Assembly: GCA_965240325.2 (NCBI GenBank)
Contig: OZ251238.1
Span: 1,302,001-1,366,000 of the forward strand
Source: Rebecca billardiae RCC1528
Taxonomy: Eukaryota; Protista; Haptophyta
Length of the DNA stretch: 64,000 nucleotides
Direction of reading: 5' to 3'
A program made the position numbers and the translations under genes. This document shows, piece by piece, positions 11,587 to 22,146 of the stretch. Below the pieces are notes generated by a model. That model worked only from the letters and a program-made list of their open reading frames with translations. It made no database searches and had not been told where the DNA came from. The first letter of the stretch is position 1, and each line of letters begins with the position of its first letter.

Positions 11587-13193
11587 CCCAAACTTGCGGT
11601 TGATATTGCTGCGATTTTGGGCAAGTTTGGGCCGAGAGCGCGGCGCCGCAGGAGGCAGAGGCCTCGAGGGCCTCCACCCCCCCGACACCGCGCGCACCCA
11701 AGGCCATGCCCACCCAGCAACCAGCAGGGTGGGAGGGCAGGGAGAAACAACTCCCAGAGGAGGAGCAGCCACCAGCGCAGCGGTGACCAGAGCAGCCACG
11801 CCGGCCGCCGCGCCGCGGGTGCAGCCAGCGAGCGCGGCCGCACCCAGACGCGCATCGCTTGCCAAGCTGCTGAGCCAATCCAGGCCCGCGCCCAATCCGG
11901 GCCTGGCTCGGCTTGACGACCGGAAAACCTCCAGGCAGCCGGACCCTGGCTGCCAGCCCGCCCTCATGAGGGCTACCGGTGAGTTATACCCGCATAACCG
12001 AGCGGTTATACAACCATAACTCACTCGGTAGACCCACATGAGAGTAGATTGAGGTGGGGGCCGCGTTGATAAACGCGTGAGGTGACTAGGTCACACCCCC
12101 GAAGCCGTCCAGGATGCGACGCCGACCAGGAAGGACTCGCCGATGCATTCGAGCAACTACGCCGACAGAAGCCGATGACCGCCTAGACGCCGAAGAGGAA
12201 GTACTCGATGGAGCACGTAGACCGCAGGCGCTGGCAGCCGACGCCCCCCCCCCAACGCAAGTTTGGGCAGAGCGCGGCGCCGCAGGAGGCAGAGGCCTCG
12301 AGGGCCTCCACCCAGAAGGAGGTGTGGAATGCCACACCCCGCAGGGGTGGTGGCCGGGGGCCCGAAGAGGCCGAGGCCGCCGAAGGAGTAGCGCGAGGAC
12401 CGAAGGCGGCAGAGGCCCAGAGGGGCTCCCCGCAGGGTTGTATGAGTAAGGACGATCCAGACGGCATGAGACAGTGGGCACGAAGACATGCGCGGCGGCG
12501 GCGGCGCAGGCGGGAAGCAGGCGCGAGACACGCACGCGTAGCGTCAGATAAGGTAGCAGGTCGCATCCCACACACAGCAGTGCACGGCAGACTGCAGAGG
12601 AGGCGGCAGAGAAGGAGAGAGCAGCACCCACCCGCCAGGCGATGAAGGCAAGCGAGACTGCGAAGCGTGAGAAGATTGCAGACGGGGACGCCTGGGAGCG
12701 GTTCCCAGGCGCCCCCATCGAAAGCAGAGCATGAGAAGATTGCAGACGGGGACGCCTCGAAGCGGTTCCGAGGCGCCCCCGTCGAAAGCAGAGCATGAGA
12801 AGATTGCAGACGGGGACGCCTCGAAGCGGTTCCGAGGCGCCCCCATCGAAAGCAGAGCATGAGAAGATAGATTGCAGACGGGGACGCCTCGAAGCGGCTC
12901 CGAGGCGCCCCCATCGAAAGCAGATAGAGCATGAGAAGATTGCAGACGGGGACGCCTCGAAGCGGCTCCGAGGCGCCCCCATCGAAAGCAGAGAGCAAGC
13001 AGGGCAGGTGCACGAGTGGAGAGAGCGAGGGCTGAGGGCGGCCTACCGCCGACGCACACGCACCTGGAAGAAACAACTCCCAGAGGAGGAGCAGCCACCA
13101 GCGCAGCGGTGACCAGAGCAGCCACGCCGGCCGCCGCGCCGCGGGTGCAGCCAGCGAGCGCGGCCGCACCCAGACGCGCATCGCTCGCCAAGC
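11587..13193. mobile_element. Element with interleaved (split) direct repeats A-B...A...B; possible non-autonomous DIRS/Ngaro-like element
   Basis: Repeat A at ~11620-11678 and ~12257-12312; repeat B at ~11743-11867 and ~13069-13193. Terminal 12-bp hairpin GCCCAAACTTGC/GCAAGTTTGGGC. Confidence 0.5.
12668..12993. repeat. Tandem array of five ~64-bp hairpin-forming units
   Basis: Unit TGAGAAGATTGCAGACGGGGACGCCTCGAAGCGGTTCCGAGGCGCCCCCATCGAAAGCAGAGCA at 12668, 12732, 12796, 12860 and 12932. Confidence 0.95.
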
Positions 13194-13223
13194 GATATTA
13201 TTATAATCCGATATATATGCCAA

Positions 13224-15890
13224 CACAGTGCGCTAACCGCCACCGAAAGTTGAATTGGCAGAATCGGCCGATTCCGCGATCAGGGACGTTTTCGCGGAGG
13301 CCGGCCGCCATCGCTGGCGCAGCCATCCGCGCGCGAACACGCGCGCGCAGCGACGCCAGCCGCATGGCGTGCGCCAAGACGGGGGGCGGCTGAGTTCTGC
13401 ATCGCCTACGCTCGTTCGGGCTCGCGGGTCATGCCTCCCATCGCGGCCGCCTCCGTCCGCCTTTGACCAGAGTGCGCGTGCAGGTGCGCCAGCAGTCTGC
13501 GACATTGCCTCCCGCGCGCCGCGCCACACCGCGGCTGACAGGGGGGTCTAGGAGGGAATCGCAGAAAGTTACGTGGCTGAAATTGTTCGGTGGACACGCA
13601 TCATCAAAGGTAGCACAGCTGCGTTTCGCCGTTGACGAGCTGCACCCCCCCTCAATTCGCGGGCTCCCCGCGGACGCTTTGCGAGCAGGAACATCTGAAA
13701 TCCGCACGCGAACATGCGCGCGCAGAGACGCCAGCCGCATGGCGTGCGCCAGAACAGGGGGCGGCTGAGTTCTGCATCACCTACGCTCGTTCGGGCTCGC
13801 GGGTCATGCCTCCCATCGCGGCCGCCTCCGTCCGCCTCTGACCGGAGTGCGCGTGCCGGGTGCTCGGCAGCCTGCGCCCGCACCTCGCGCGCGCCGCGCC
13901 ACACGGCGGCTGACAGCGGGGTCTAGGAGGGAATCGCAGAAAGTTACGTGGCTGAAATTGTTCGGTGTACACGCATGACCAAGTGCATCACAGCTGCGTT
14001 CCACCATTCACGAGCTGCACCCCCTTCCATTTGCGGGCGCGCCGCTGCCGCGCTCGCGCAGGCGCATGGGATGGCACGTGTTGGCTCGATCATCGGGATC
14101 AAGCGGGCTGCGCAGGCAGTGGGCTGGCGTACGAGCTCACTACACGCGCAGTGTCAGAATACGCTGCATCAGGTGTGCCCCGTCGGCTTTGCTGCTGAGC
14201 ATACGGCACACGACGGGCACTCGAGCAGTGTGGCTGGCGATGAGCCCGAGCATCCCAGCTGGCATGCGAGTGGCTTACTGGGCGCAGCTGATGCACGAAC
14301 ACCCTGCGTTGCACACCGAAGGTGCCAGAAGCACGCGTTCTTGCCATCCAGTCGTATCGTCCGGCCCCCATGCGCTCAAGACGGGTGAGGAGATCTGCAC
14401 GCGTACGCGCGCGCTGCCGATTCCCGAGGAGCGCATCTGGGCGCTCGGGTTGCCTCCACAGGGGCACCTGAGCTTGACTCGAGGGCTGAGTGGAGCAGGC
14501 GCCGAAAGACGCACGACGAGTGGCCGGCGTGATTGTCTGGGGTCTCCTCGTGGCGCGCTTGCACGTTTTCGGCGCATCACCACTGTGCTGACTTTGCGGC
14601 GGCGCCCCGACCGCGCCCCGAGTGACCGTGTCATCGGCTGACCCGCTGACTGCACCAGTGCACCGTAGTCCCGGTACGTCCGTACCAGGCGCAGCTGAGA
14701 CTCGCGCAGAGTAGCGCGGCGCCTATGGCTATAGCCCGGTCGTAGCTTGCGCGTATAGGAGTAGCAGTTGTCGTCATGCGACCTGCTCGCCTGCTGCGCT
14801 AATAAAATTTGATGACTGGCCGACCGCGGACCAAACCTGTGCGCACGCAGCAGGATTCCACTTCCAGCGACGCGGGCAGCGTGCCCGCGCGTCGACCCGA
14901 CGGCCAGCAGTCAGCTCGCGTCGCGTCGGCGGACGGCTGGCTGGCGGATGAGTCGGCAGGCTTGGGGAGCCCGCGGGCGCGGCACGCCACGCCGATTGCA
15001 TGCTGCTGTAGTTGCGCATCGCCTCTTCGTAGACGCGCTGCCTCACTCTCAGCTGAGCTCGGGCCGTCGGGTGCGACGACGGCTGGCGGGAGCCGCTGAC
15101 AGTGACGTCATCGGACGACCGACCGCGAACTCCGACCTGGCTGACGGCAGCGCGAGCAGCGCAGCACGGCGCGGCGCGATGCGATCTGCGGCGTGGCGTG
15201 GCGGTGGGCCCGCGTGACACGCTGCCAGCGCCACTGGCGCGCGAGACCCCGCCCCGTCTCCGCAGCGCCGCGCTCACATGTGACCACGACCTGCACAACA
15301 CGGGCCGTGGTCAGAAAGCCGTCGCGCGCGTGTTCATTTACGCGGCACCTTGGTGCTGAGCGCCAGCCGAGAGGTAGTGGCGACGACGACAGCCACTCCA
15401 GGTCGATGTGCACCTGCGTCTGTGCCCGGGTGCCGCTGGGATGCGATTGAGGATGAGATTGCGGCAGCATGCCCTGATATGAGCAGCGGTCAGTTTGGAG
15501 AGCGTGAGTCGTGCCAGCACACGAGAGCAGACGTGCACGTTTCGAGCAGCCGAGCTGGACCATGAAAGTCGGGAAACCAGCGCGCATGCCGCGCACCCGA
15601 AAGAGCCGACCATCTCCGCATGCTCAGAGCAGCCGGCGGCGCGCTCGCAGAGTCGCTTCGGAGTCGCTTTGCGGCCGTCTCGGCGCGTGTCATGTGGAGC
15701 TGCTCTCGAGGCGAAGGAGGAGGAAGGCGTTGATCAGCGCCGCTGAAGACTAGGACTAGGCTCTCTCGCGAGGTCCGCCGCGCGGTCTACGCCGCCGATC
15801 ACGGCCTCTTGAGGACGGTCGGCCAGCGCGCGCGTCGGCAGCCATCGTGACGCCTCTCATTCAACTTTCGGCCCGTGTTAGCGCACTGTG
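13224..15890. mobile_element. 2.67-kb TIR DNA transposon relic with CACAGTG (RSS-heptamer-like) termini; Transib/RAG-like candidate
   Basis: Left TIR CACAGTGCGCTAACcgccaCCGAAAGTTGAAT; reverse complement of the right TIR CACAGTGCGCTAACacgggCCGAAAGTTGAAT. No intact transposase and no clear 5-bp TSD. Confidence 0.75.
13325..14040. repeat. Diverged subterminal tandem duplication (375-bp period) inside the CACAGTG element
   Basis: GGGGGTCTAGGAGGGAATCGCAGAAAGTTACGTGGCTGAAATTGTTCGGT and its flanks recur 375 bp apart. Confidence 0.9.
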
Positions 15891-16035
15891 AATATGGCGG
15901 TATCATATATATATATATGCTGCGCTCACAGTGACGATCGATGCTGATATCCCTCGCGTACTGGCGGGCGTCGTGTCGACGACGTCGACTTCCTGCCGGC
16001 GCCGTCACCATCAGCACTCATCACTGCGCACTGCG

Positions 16036-17772
16036 TCACCATGATCCCTCATCAGTCCGATCGTCGACACCGTCATCCATCACGAGCGCATCACCATCAG
16101 CAACGTCGTTGCTGTGCTCGCGGGTGCCCCAGCCGGCAGCGCTGAGCACGAGCAGGCGGCCGGCCCCGATCGCGAGCCGCACGCCCATGTACACGCCGAG
16201 CGCGAGCCACACGCGCCGCAGCGCGAGGCCGGCGGCGGCGGCGCCCGCGCCCGCGCGCCCCGCGGACAGCGCGGCGGCGGCGCGGTGCATGAGGGCGAGC
16301 GCGGGCGCGGCGCCGCCGATCACGCTCGCCGCCGCCCAGCCAAACTGCTGCGCGCCGTACAGCAAGCCGTCGACGGCGAAGGCGCCGGCGTTGAGCGGCT
16401 GGGAGAGCACGGCGAGCGGCCACACGGCGCACGCCGCGGCGTGCACCGCGCCGTCCGAGCTGAGCGCACGCACCATCGGCCCGCGCGCGCACGCCATCGC
16501 GGCCGCGAGCAGCGCGCCGAGCAGCGCCGTGAGCCGCGCCGTGCGCGCCGCGATCAGCGTCGCGGCGTCGCGCGCGGCGGCGGCACCGGCGGAGGCGCGC
16601 GCGAGCGCGGCGGCGAGCATCGCCTGGCTCGCGATCGCGAGCGCGTCCGCCGTCAGCGCCGCGCTGAGCCACAGCTGGAACACCACGGCGTGCGCCGCGC
16701 CGCTGAGCGCGGACGCGCCACTCGCGACCGTCGCGGCGCGCGCGAACGCGAGGAGGCCGCAGAACGTGCGCGCGCTGAGGATGGCGGCGCTGCGGCCCAT
16801 CGAGCGGAGCAGCCGCGCGGAGGGCGGCGGCCAGCGCACGCGCGCGCCCGCGCCCGCCGCGCGCCGCACGCGCGCGCCCAGCGCGGCCGCGAGCACGAGC
16901 ACGCCCACCAGCTGCGACGCGGCCGTGGCGGCGCCGAGCCCGGCGAGCGCGGCGCGCGCGCGCAGCGCTCGCACGGCGACGAGGTCGAGCGCGGCGTTGG
17001 CGGCGCTCGAGGCGCAGAGCGCGAGGAGCGGCGTGCGCGTGTCGCGCAGCCCGCGGCTCACGCCCACGAGCGCCATCCCGCCCAGCATGAACGGCAGCCC
17101 GAGCGCGCGCGCGCGCAGGTAGCCGAGCGCGGGCGCGTACACGGCGGAGTCGGCGCCGATGCCGGCCGCGCGCAGCAGCGCGCCCGCGCCGCACAGCACG
17201 GCGACGGCGAGGACGAGGCCGATGGCGGTGGCGAGCGCGAGCGCGGAGACGGCGAGCTCGAGCACGGACGGTGGCAGCCCCTGCTGCGCCCCGCCCCCCC
17301 CGCCGCCGCCGCCCGCCCCGCCGCCGCGCGCGCCCAGCTCGAGCGGCGCCTCCGCCGCCACGGCCGAGGTGGTGACAGAGAGCAGAAAGTTGAAAGTCTT
17401 GCTCACCAGCCCGATCAGCGAGGCGGCGCTGCCGAGCGCCGCGAGGTGCGTCGCGCCGAGCGAGCCGGCGCACGCGGTGTCGACGAGCGTGGCGATCGGG
17501 TCGACCACCAGCGCGAGCAACGCCGGGCCGGCGATCGTCAGCAGCTCGCGGTCGACGGCCGCGGCCGAGAGCGGCGGCGGCGGCGGCCCGGAGGGCGGCT
17601 CGCGCGCGGCGCGCATCGCGGCTCGCGCGCCGGCGCGCCAGCGGCGCGCCGAGAGGAGCGGCGTGCGTGCCGGCGTGGGTGCCGCGGGATGCATCGCCGG
17701 GTGCGCGCTGACCGCGCACGCCGCGTGCGCGACCGCTAGCAGGCAGACTGGCAGAAACATCATTACGCGCAT
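16036..17772 (-). CDS. MATE (DinF/DTX-like) efflux transporter with N-terminal signal + transit-like peptide
   Basis: ELLTIAGPALLALVVDPIATLVDTA..G.LG, RGLRDTRTPL, AAHAVVFQLWL...DALAIASQ and FAVDGLLYG motifs; about 12 TM segments. Confidence 0.9.
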   Translation of the reverse strand: MRVMMFLPVCLLAVAHAACAVSAHPAMHPAAPTPARTPLLSARRWRAGARAAMRAAREPPSGPPPPPLSAAAVDRELLTIAGPALLALVVDPIATLVDTACAGSLGATHLAALGSAASLIGLVSKTFNFLLSVTTSAVAAEAPLELGARGGGAGGGGGGGGAQQGLPPSVLELAVSALALATAIGLVLAVAVLCGAGALLRAAGIGADSAVYAPALGYLRARALGLPFMLGGMALVGVSRGLRDTRTPLLALCASSAANAALDLVAVRALRARAALAGLGAATAASQLVGVLVLAAALGARVRRAAGAGARVRWPPPSARLLRSMGRSAAILSARTFCGLLAFARAATVASGASALSGAAHAVVFQLWLSAALTADALAIASQAMLAAALARASAGAAAARDAATLIAARTARLTALLGALLAAAMACARGPMVRALSSDGAVHAAACAVWPLAVLSQPLNAGAFAVDGLLYGAQQFGWAAASVIGGAAPALALMHRAAAALSAGRAGAGAAAAGLALRRVWLALGVYMGVRLAIGAGRLLVLSAAGWGTREHSNDVADGDALVMDDGVDDRTDEGSW

Positions 17773-17943
17773 GCCGCCATGCTGATGGCGAAGGTATCAT
17801 CCGGCGAGGCGGCGACTGTTGAATTCTTGCTGGATTTACTTTTATTTCGTCATCATTTGACGATGAAAATCCGGGCGCTCCGCTGCGGCGGCACCGCTGC
17901 CACTGCCTGGCGCCTGGCCGGCGCACGTGCTGACTGCTGCAGC

Positions 17944-18876
17944 TTATTCTCCGCCCGCTTCGCGGCTCCACGCCTGGCAGTGCGGCCTGTGCACCTTCCA
18001 CGCGTGCTTGATGCACGGCTGTGAGCAGAAGCGCGCGACGTGGCACCGCTTGCACGCGCGCAGCCCCCTCGGGCCGGGCTTGGCGCACGCGAGGCAGCAC
18101 GCCTCCGCGACGTCGCGCTCGCTCGCAAAGGGCGCCAGCACCTCGAGCGGGTCGAGCTCCACGCCGCCCTCGCGCGCGCGGTGCAGCAGCTGCGTCGCCG
18201 CGGCCACGTCGCGCGCCACGCCCTGCGCGCGCAGCAGCTGGCGCGCCAGTCGCACGGTCGCGTCCGCGTGGCCCGCCTCGGCCGCGTGCCGGTAGCAGCG
18301 CGCGGCCTCGGCGTGGTCGAGCGGCACGCCGAGCCCGTTGGTGTGCGCGTGGCCCAGGCTGTACCACGCCCCGCCCATCTGCTCCTCGTCCATGCTCCCC
18401 TCCTCCACGCCGCCCTCCGCCGCCTGCCGGAACAGCCGCGCCGCGCGCGCGAGGTCGCGCGGCAGTCCGCGCCCCTCCTCGCACATGTAGCCGAGCTGGA
18501 GCTGGAGCTGGAGCGCGCTCGCGCCGTTGCCGCGCGCGGCGGCGTGCTCGTACAGCCGCGCGGCCTCGGCGAGGTCCTGCGGCGCGCCCGCGCCCTTCTC
18601 GAGCGACAGCCCCAGGTTGAAGTGCGCCGGCACGTCGCCCTGCGCCACCGCGAGCCTGAAGAGCCGCACGGCCAGCGCCGGGTCCTGCTCGACGCCCCAC
18701 CGGCCCATCTGGTGCGCGGCGCCCAGGGAGACCAAAGCCTGGGCGTCGCCGAGCTCGGCGGCGGCGCGCAGCCAGCGCACGCCCTCGCGCTGGTCCTGCG
18801 CCACCCCCGCGCGACGGCGACGGCGTGGGGCGCGGACGTGTTGGCCTATTAAAAGAGAGTGGTAGGGGCTTTTCAT
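17944..18876 (-). CDS. Sel1-like repeat protein with C-terminal MYND zinc finger (5' end uncertain)
   Basis: Repeats such as GVEQDPALAVRLFRLAVAQG and GVPLDHAEAARCYRHAAEAGH; MYND CLAC...CKRCHVARFCSQPCIKHAWKVHRPHC. Confidence 0.85.
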   Translation of the reverse strand: MKSPYHSLLIGQHVRAPRRRRRAGVAQDQREGVRWLRAAAELGDAQALVSLGAAHQMGRWGVEQDPALAVRLFRLAVAQGDVPAHFNLGLSLEKGAGAPQDLAEAARLYEHAAARGNGASALQLQLQLGYMCEEGRGLPRDLARAARLFRQAAEGGVEEGSMDEEQMGGAWYSLGHAHTNGLGVPLDHAEAARCYRHAAEAGHADATVRLARQLLRAQGVARDVAAATQLLHRAREGGVELDPLEVLAPFASERDVAEACCLACAKPGPRGLRACKRCHVARFCSQPCIKHAWKVHRPHCQAWSREAGGE

Positions 18877-18892
18877 CAGCTTTTGCTTGATG

Positions 18893-20713
18893 TCAAATCA
18901 GCGAGCGTACGATGGAGAACAGCCGTCCGAATGCGTCACAATCCGCTGTCGGCGGCTTGCACGGCTGCTCCTGATACGCGAACAGGCGCGCCACGCGCTG
19001 CCCATTGTGCTGCAGCTGGCGCCACCAGGTTCCACCCGTCTCCGCCGCGAGCCATTGCACCCACCCCAACGAGCTGCTTTCGTTCGCTTGCCGCGCGTCA
19101 AGCACCACCGCGAATTGGGAGTAGTCGAGCAGCAGGCGCTCAGCTATGTCGGAGGTGAGCTCGCCGACGGCCTCTGGGTCGCGACGCCACGGCCACCAGG
19201 TAGTGCCGTTATACTTCTGGCTGTCAAAGTCCCAGATCACCGGCACGCAGCCGCTGAGCAGAGCGAGGGCAATGTGCGAGCGCGTCGGCGTATCGCCCCC
19301 CGGCTCGGCGCAGAACGCGGAGCGCACCGTCATGTTCCACGTACCAGGAAGCAAGCTGCACTCGTGCCCCGCCGCGCACAGGATGCATTCTGCGCCGCTG
19401 CACTGGGCACCGGCGGCGGCCATGGATGCGTGCAGGCTGGCGCGCAGAGAGGTGGCGTGCCCCAATTTCCCCAAACGGTTCCCTTTGGCCGTGTCGGCGT
19501 TCAAGTAGACAGCGATCGGCCGCGGGGGCGCGGCAAACGGCCCGGACGGCGTGCCCCACGCCACCGGTGCGACGATAGCAACCGTGTATGGGATGGGCAC
19601 GAGCAGCGGGCCGCTGCGCACCAGCGCTGCGCGCGGCGAAGGGCCAGTGGCGCTGGCCAGCGCGGTGTGCCGACGCGAGAGCTCGCGCTGTGGGCTGGTG
19701 GACCATCCTGCCCTCAGCCATAGCGATGCATTGAGGCAGCGGCTGCAGTGCGCGTGGGAAGGGTCGGCGCGAGCGAAGGCAAACGGCCACGTCGACGCGG
19801 CCTGCTGTGCCCGCGGCGGCCGGAAGCAGAGCGTGCATGACGGCTGAAGCGTCGCGGCGAGCCCCTCCATGAGCCCATCGACAGTCGTTGTAGGCTTCTT
19901 GGCCTGCACGTGCTCCCCGGGCGGCGAGAACGGGACTGTGGAACGCAGGTCCCAGTCACTGCGCAGATTGATGCCGATCCCCGCAAAGACGACCCTGGAG
20001 GCGAAGGCGAGCGGCTGGTCCTCGAGCGCCTTGAGGATGGCAGAGTGGCATTTCATCTGCATCGGCCAGTCTGCGTGCACGACGACCACCGGGGGCCGTC
20101 TGAAGCCGTCGAACGCGCGCGCACGCACCTCGTCCCAGTACGCTCGACTGAATGGCGTGCCGTGGCAAAGACCTACGACAAGAATGGTTCTCTTGGCGGC
20201 CTGGAAGCACAAAGCGCTTAGCGAGGGCGCGACGACAATGTCTGGCGGCGAGCACGCGCCATTCCTTTCCGCCGGCCGTGCGCAGAACGACGACTTCTGC
20301 CTGGCGATCTGGGTCCAGCGCGCGAGAGCGACGCTCTCGGCCGAGTGCTCGTCAAAGACGACGCCATGCTCACCAAACCCGTGGATCTCGGTGCGACGGT
20401 ATGCGTTCGACAGCTGCTTCGACGCCGGGAGGTGCATGCAGTAGTCGGGCGGCGCGACATCCGCGGCGACGAAGTGCGGACTTCCTGCGCAAATTGTGTC
20501 TCGATACACGTCGCGAATTGACATGTTCATGGTTGGCTTGACACTGCGCTCCGCGCTGCTCATCATGCCCATGGAGCGGATTGAGGAAGATGGGCACAGG
20601 GGCATGTTATCAATCACACGGATGATTGGGAACCGCTCCGCGCAGCCGTGCGCTGCGAGCGCGATGATGCCAAGACGACGTAAAAGCGCCGCCGCCATCG
20701 TCCCGTTCGCCAT
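18893..20713 (-). CDS. Exostosin family (GT47) glycosyltransferase-like protein
   Basis: Signal-anchor LLRRLGIIALAAHG; C-terminal SAFCAEPGGDTPTRSHIALALLSGCVPVIW motif. Confidence 0.75.
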   Translation of the reverse strand: MANGTMAAALLRRLGIIALAAHGCAERFPIIRVIDNMPLCPSSSIRSMGMMSSAERSVKPTMNMSIRDVYRDTICAGSPHFVAADVAPPDYCMHLPASKQLSNAYRRTEIHGFGEHGVVFDEHSAESVALARWTQIARQKSSFCARPAERNGACSPPDIVVAPSLSALCFQAAKRTILVVGLCHGTPFSRAYWDEVRARAFDGFRRPPVVVVHADWPMQMKCHSAILKALEDQPLAFASRVVFAGIGINLRSDWDLRSTVPFSPPGEHVQAKKPTTTVDGLMEGLAATLQPSCTLCFRPPRAQQAASTWPFAFARADPSHAHCSRCLNASLWLRAGWSTSPQRELSRRHTALASATGPSPRAALVRSGPLLVPIPYTVAIVAPVAWGTPSGPFAAPPRPIAVYLNADTAKGNRLGKLGHATSLRASLHASMAAAGAQCSGAECILCAAGHECSLLPGTWNMTVRSAFCAEPGGDTPTRSHIALALLSGCVPVIWDFDSQKYNGTTWWPWRRDPEAVGELTSDIAERLLLDYSQFAVVLDARQANESSSLGWVQWLAAETGGTWWRQLQHNGQRVARLFAYQEQPCKPPTADCDAFGRLFSIVRSLI

Positions 20714-21813
20714 GAGCCAGCCACGTTGTTGGCCGAAAGCGCTCGCCGATCTCCACTGGGGCCTTTGCATTCTGCAGGGGCGTTCCCCGTGGGCATCGGT
20801 CATACAATACGACGCCAAATTGATCGAACCACCTGAATCGAGCTTCCTCCATTTGAAGAATGAAGCGGGTACATTTGAATACGGAAAAAGGCAAAGCCCC
20901 CCGGTAGCGGGGGCTTTGCTGTTCTGTGTTCAGCGGAGCACTCGTGTGGCAGGTGCTGCCGCAGGATCCCGGGAACGCCCTTGATGCTTGAATCAGCCGC
21001 GCGCTTCGCGGCGGCCGCGCGCGTCTCCGACGAGCGGGCGACGGCGCCCGCTCCCGTGCGTGTGGACGATCCCGCGGGCGCAGAGCAGGCGAGCTAGGCT
21101 GGGCAGTCGTGTTGAAGTGCCCGGCCATTCCGCATTCGCCGCTTCGTGCCGCGCATCGCATCAGACATCAGTCGACGACTGTACTTTGCCTCGGGCCAGC
21201 ATGTCTGGCCAGCCTCGCCCGTGTGCGCCATGCGAGGCGAGACCAACACGGAGCATGCGCTTCCGGGAGCATGCGCTTCCACGTGGCGAGAAACCACACT
21301 GTACGCACTGCGCTGCGATCCCGCCCGCGTGGCGACGGCACCCGCACTCCGGCACTGCCGGCCGCGCGGCTCCGTCGCATGCGGGACCCGCCGGTGCCCC
21401 GGTCGAGGGCGAGGCCGCGAGGGTGCAGGTCCGGATGTCAGCTGGCAGTCTGGCATCCGCTGGTACTGACTCTGGTAACCGTAGGTAGCAGCTGGACAGT
21501 GGACTGCTGGTCGAGCCGCGGCCCCTTGGGCGTGGCGCCCACCGGCCCCGCCGGGCGGCTGGCCGGGCGGTCACTGGCGTGTAACTGGCCTGTCTGGTCG
21601 TGCGCGCCGAGCTGAACCGAACTGCTGCAATCGATCCAGCTGGCTGGCTGGCGGCGGCCGGGCAGGAGCGCCTGGCATCGACCGCTGCACCTGCGCCAGC
21701 CCAGCCCCTGCTGCCCCCCTCTGCAGTGGACGGCCCGCCCGGTCGACGACTTCGACACTCCGCAGTGTACAAATAAGCAGAGACGCACACACTGCTCAGG
21801 CAGGCGAGATCAC

Positions 21814-21978
21814 CGCGCTCCAGCAGCTCAAGGCCGCGCTCAAGCAATCCGATCGCGGTGCAGGCTATGCTCTGCTCACCACCAACGCCGACGTCGTGTC
21901 GACGATCGGGCACTGCCGCCGACGAATCAGGAGACCCGCGTCGACCGTCGTCCTACCTGTGTCGTTAAATCATAGAAT
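21814..21978 (+). mobile_element. Retroelement-like 3'-end fragment (TTAAATCATAGAAT tail family)
   Basis: Matches the reverse complement of 39104-39233 and the 3' end of 5122-5338. Confidence 0.6.
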
Positions 21979-22146
21979 GAGAGTAAGTTGTCTGATGTGT
22001 GAGTGTAGTACTAGAGACCTGCGCTACACCGACAGGCCCGTCCGGGGAGTCGAAGCAGCCACGGGCTAGTCCGGCAGCAGTGAGGGCGGCGGCGCCGCGG
22101 CGGGCGCGGGCGCGAGCGTCGAAAGTGCCCGCGCGCCAAGCACGAG

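Noticed and set aside
12668-12993. CRISPR-like array of palindromic repeats
   Set aside because: The units are contiguous with no unique spacers, there are no cas genes, and the context is eukaryotic.
12668-12993. Canonical hammerhead ribozyme
   Set aside because: No CUGANGA core on either strand; only CAGACGG...GAAA is present.
3701-15890. Intact transposase, TnpB/Fanzor, reverse transcriptase or tyrosine recombinase
   Set aside because: No recognisable DDE, RuvC, YxDD or RHRY motif set in any listed frame.
15925-15935. Additional CACAGTG heptamers (also ~3322)
   Set aside because: They lack the adjoining CGCTAAC/CCGAAAGTTGAAT TIR sequence and are expected by chance.
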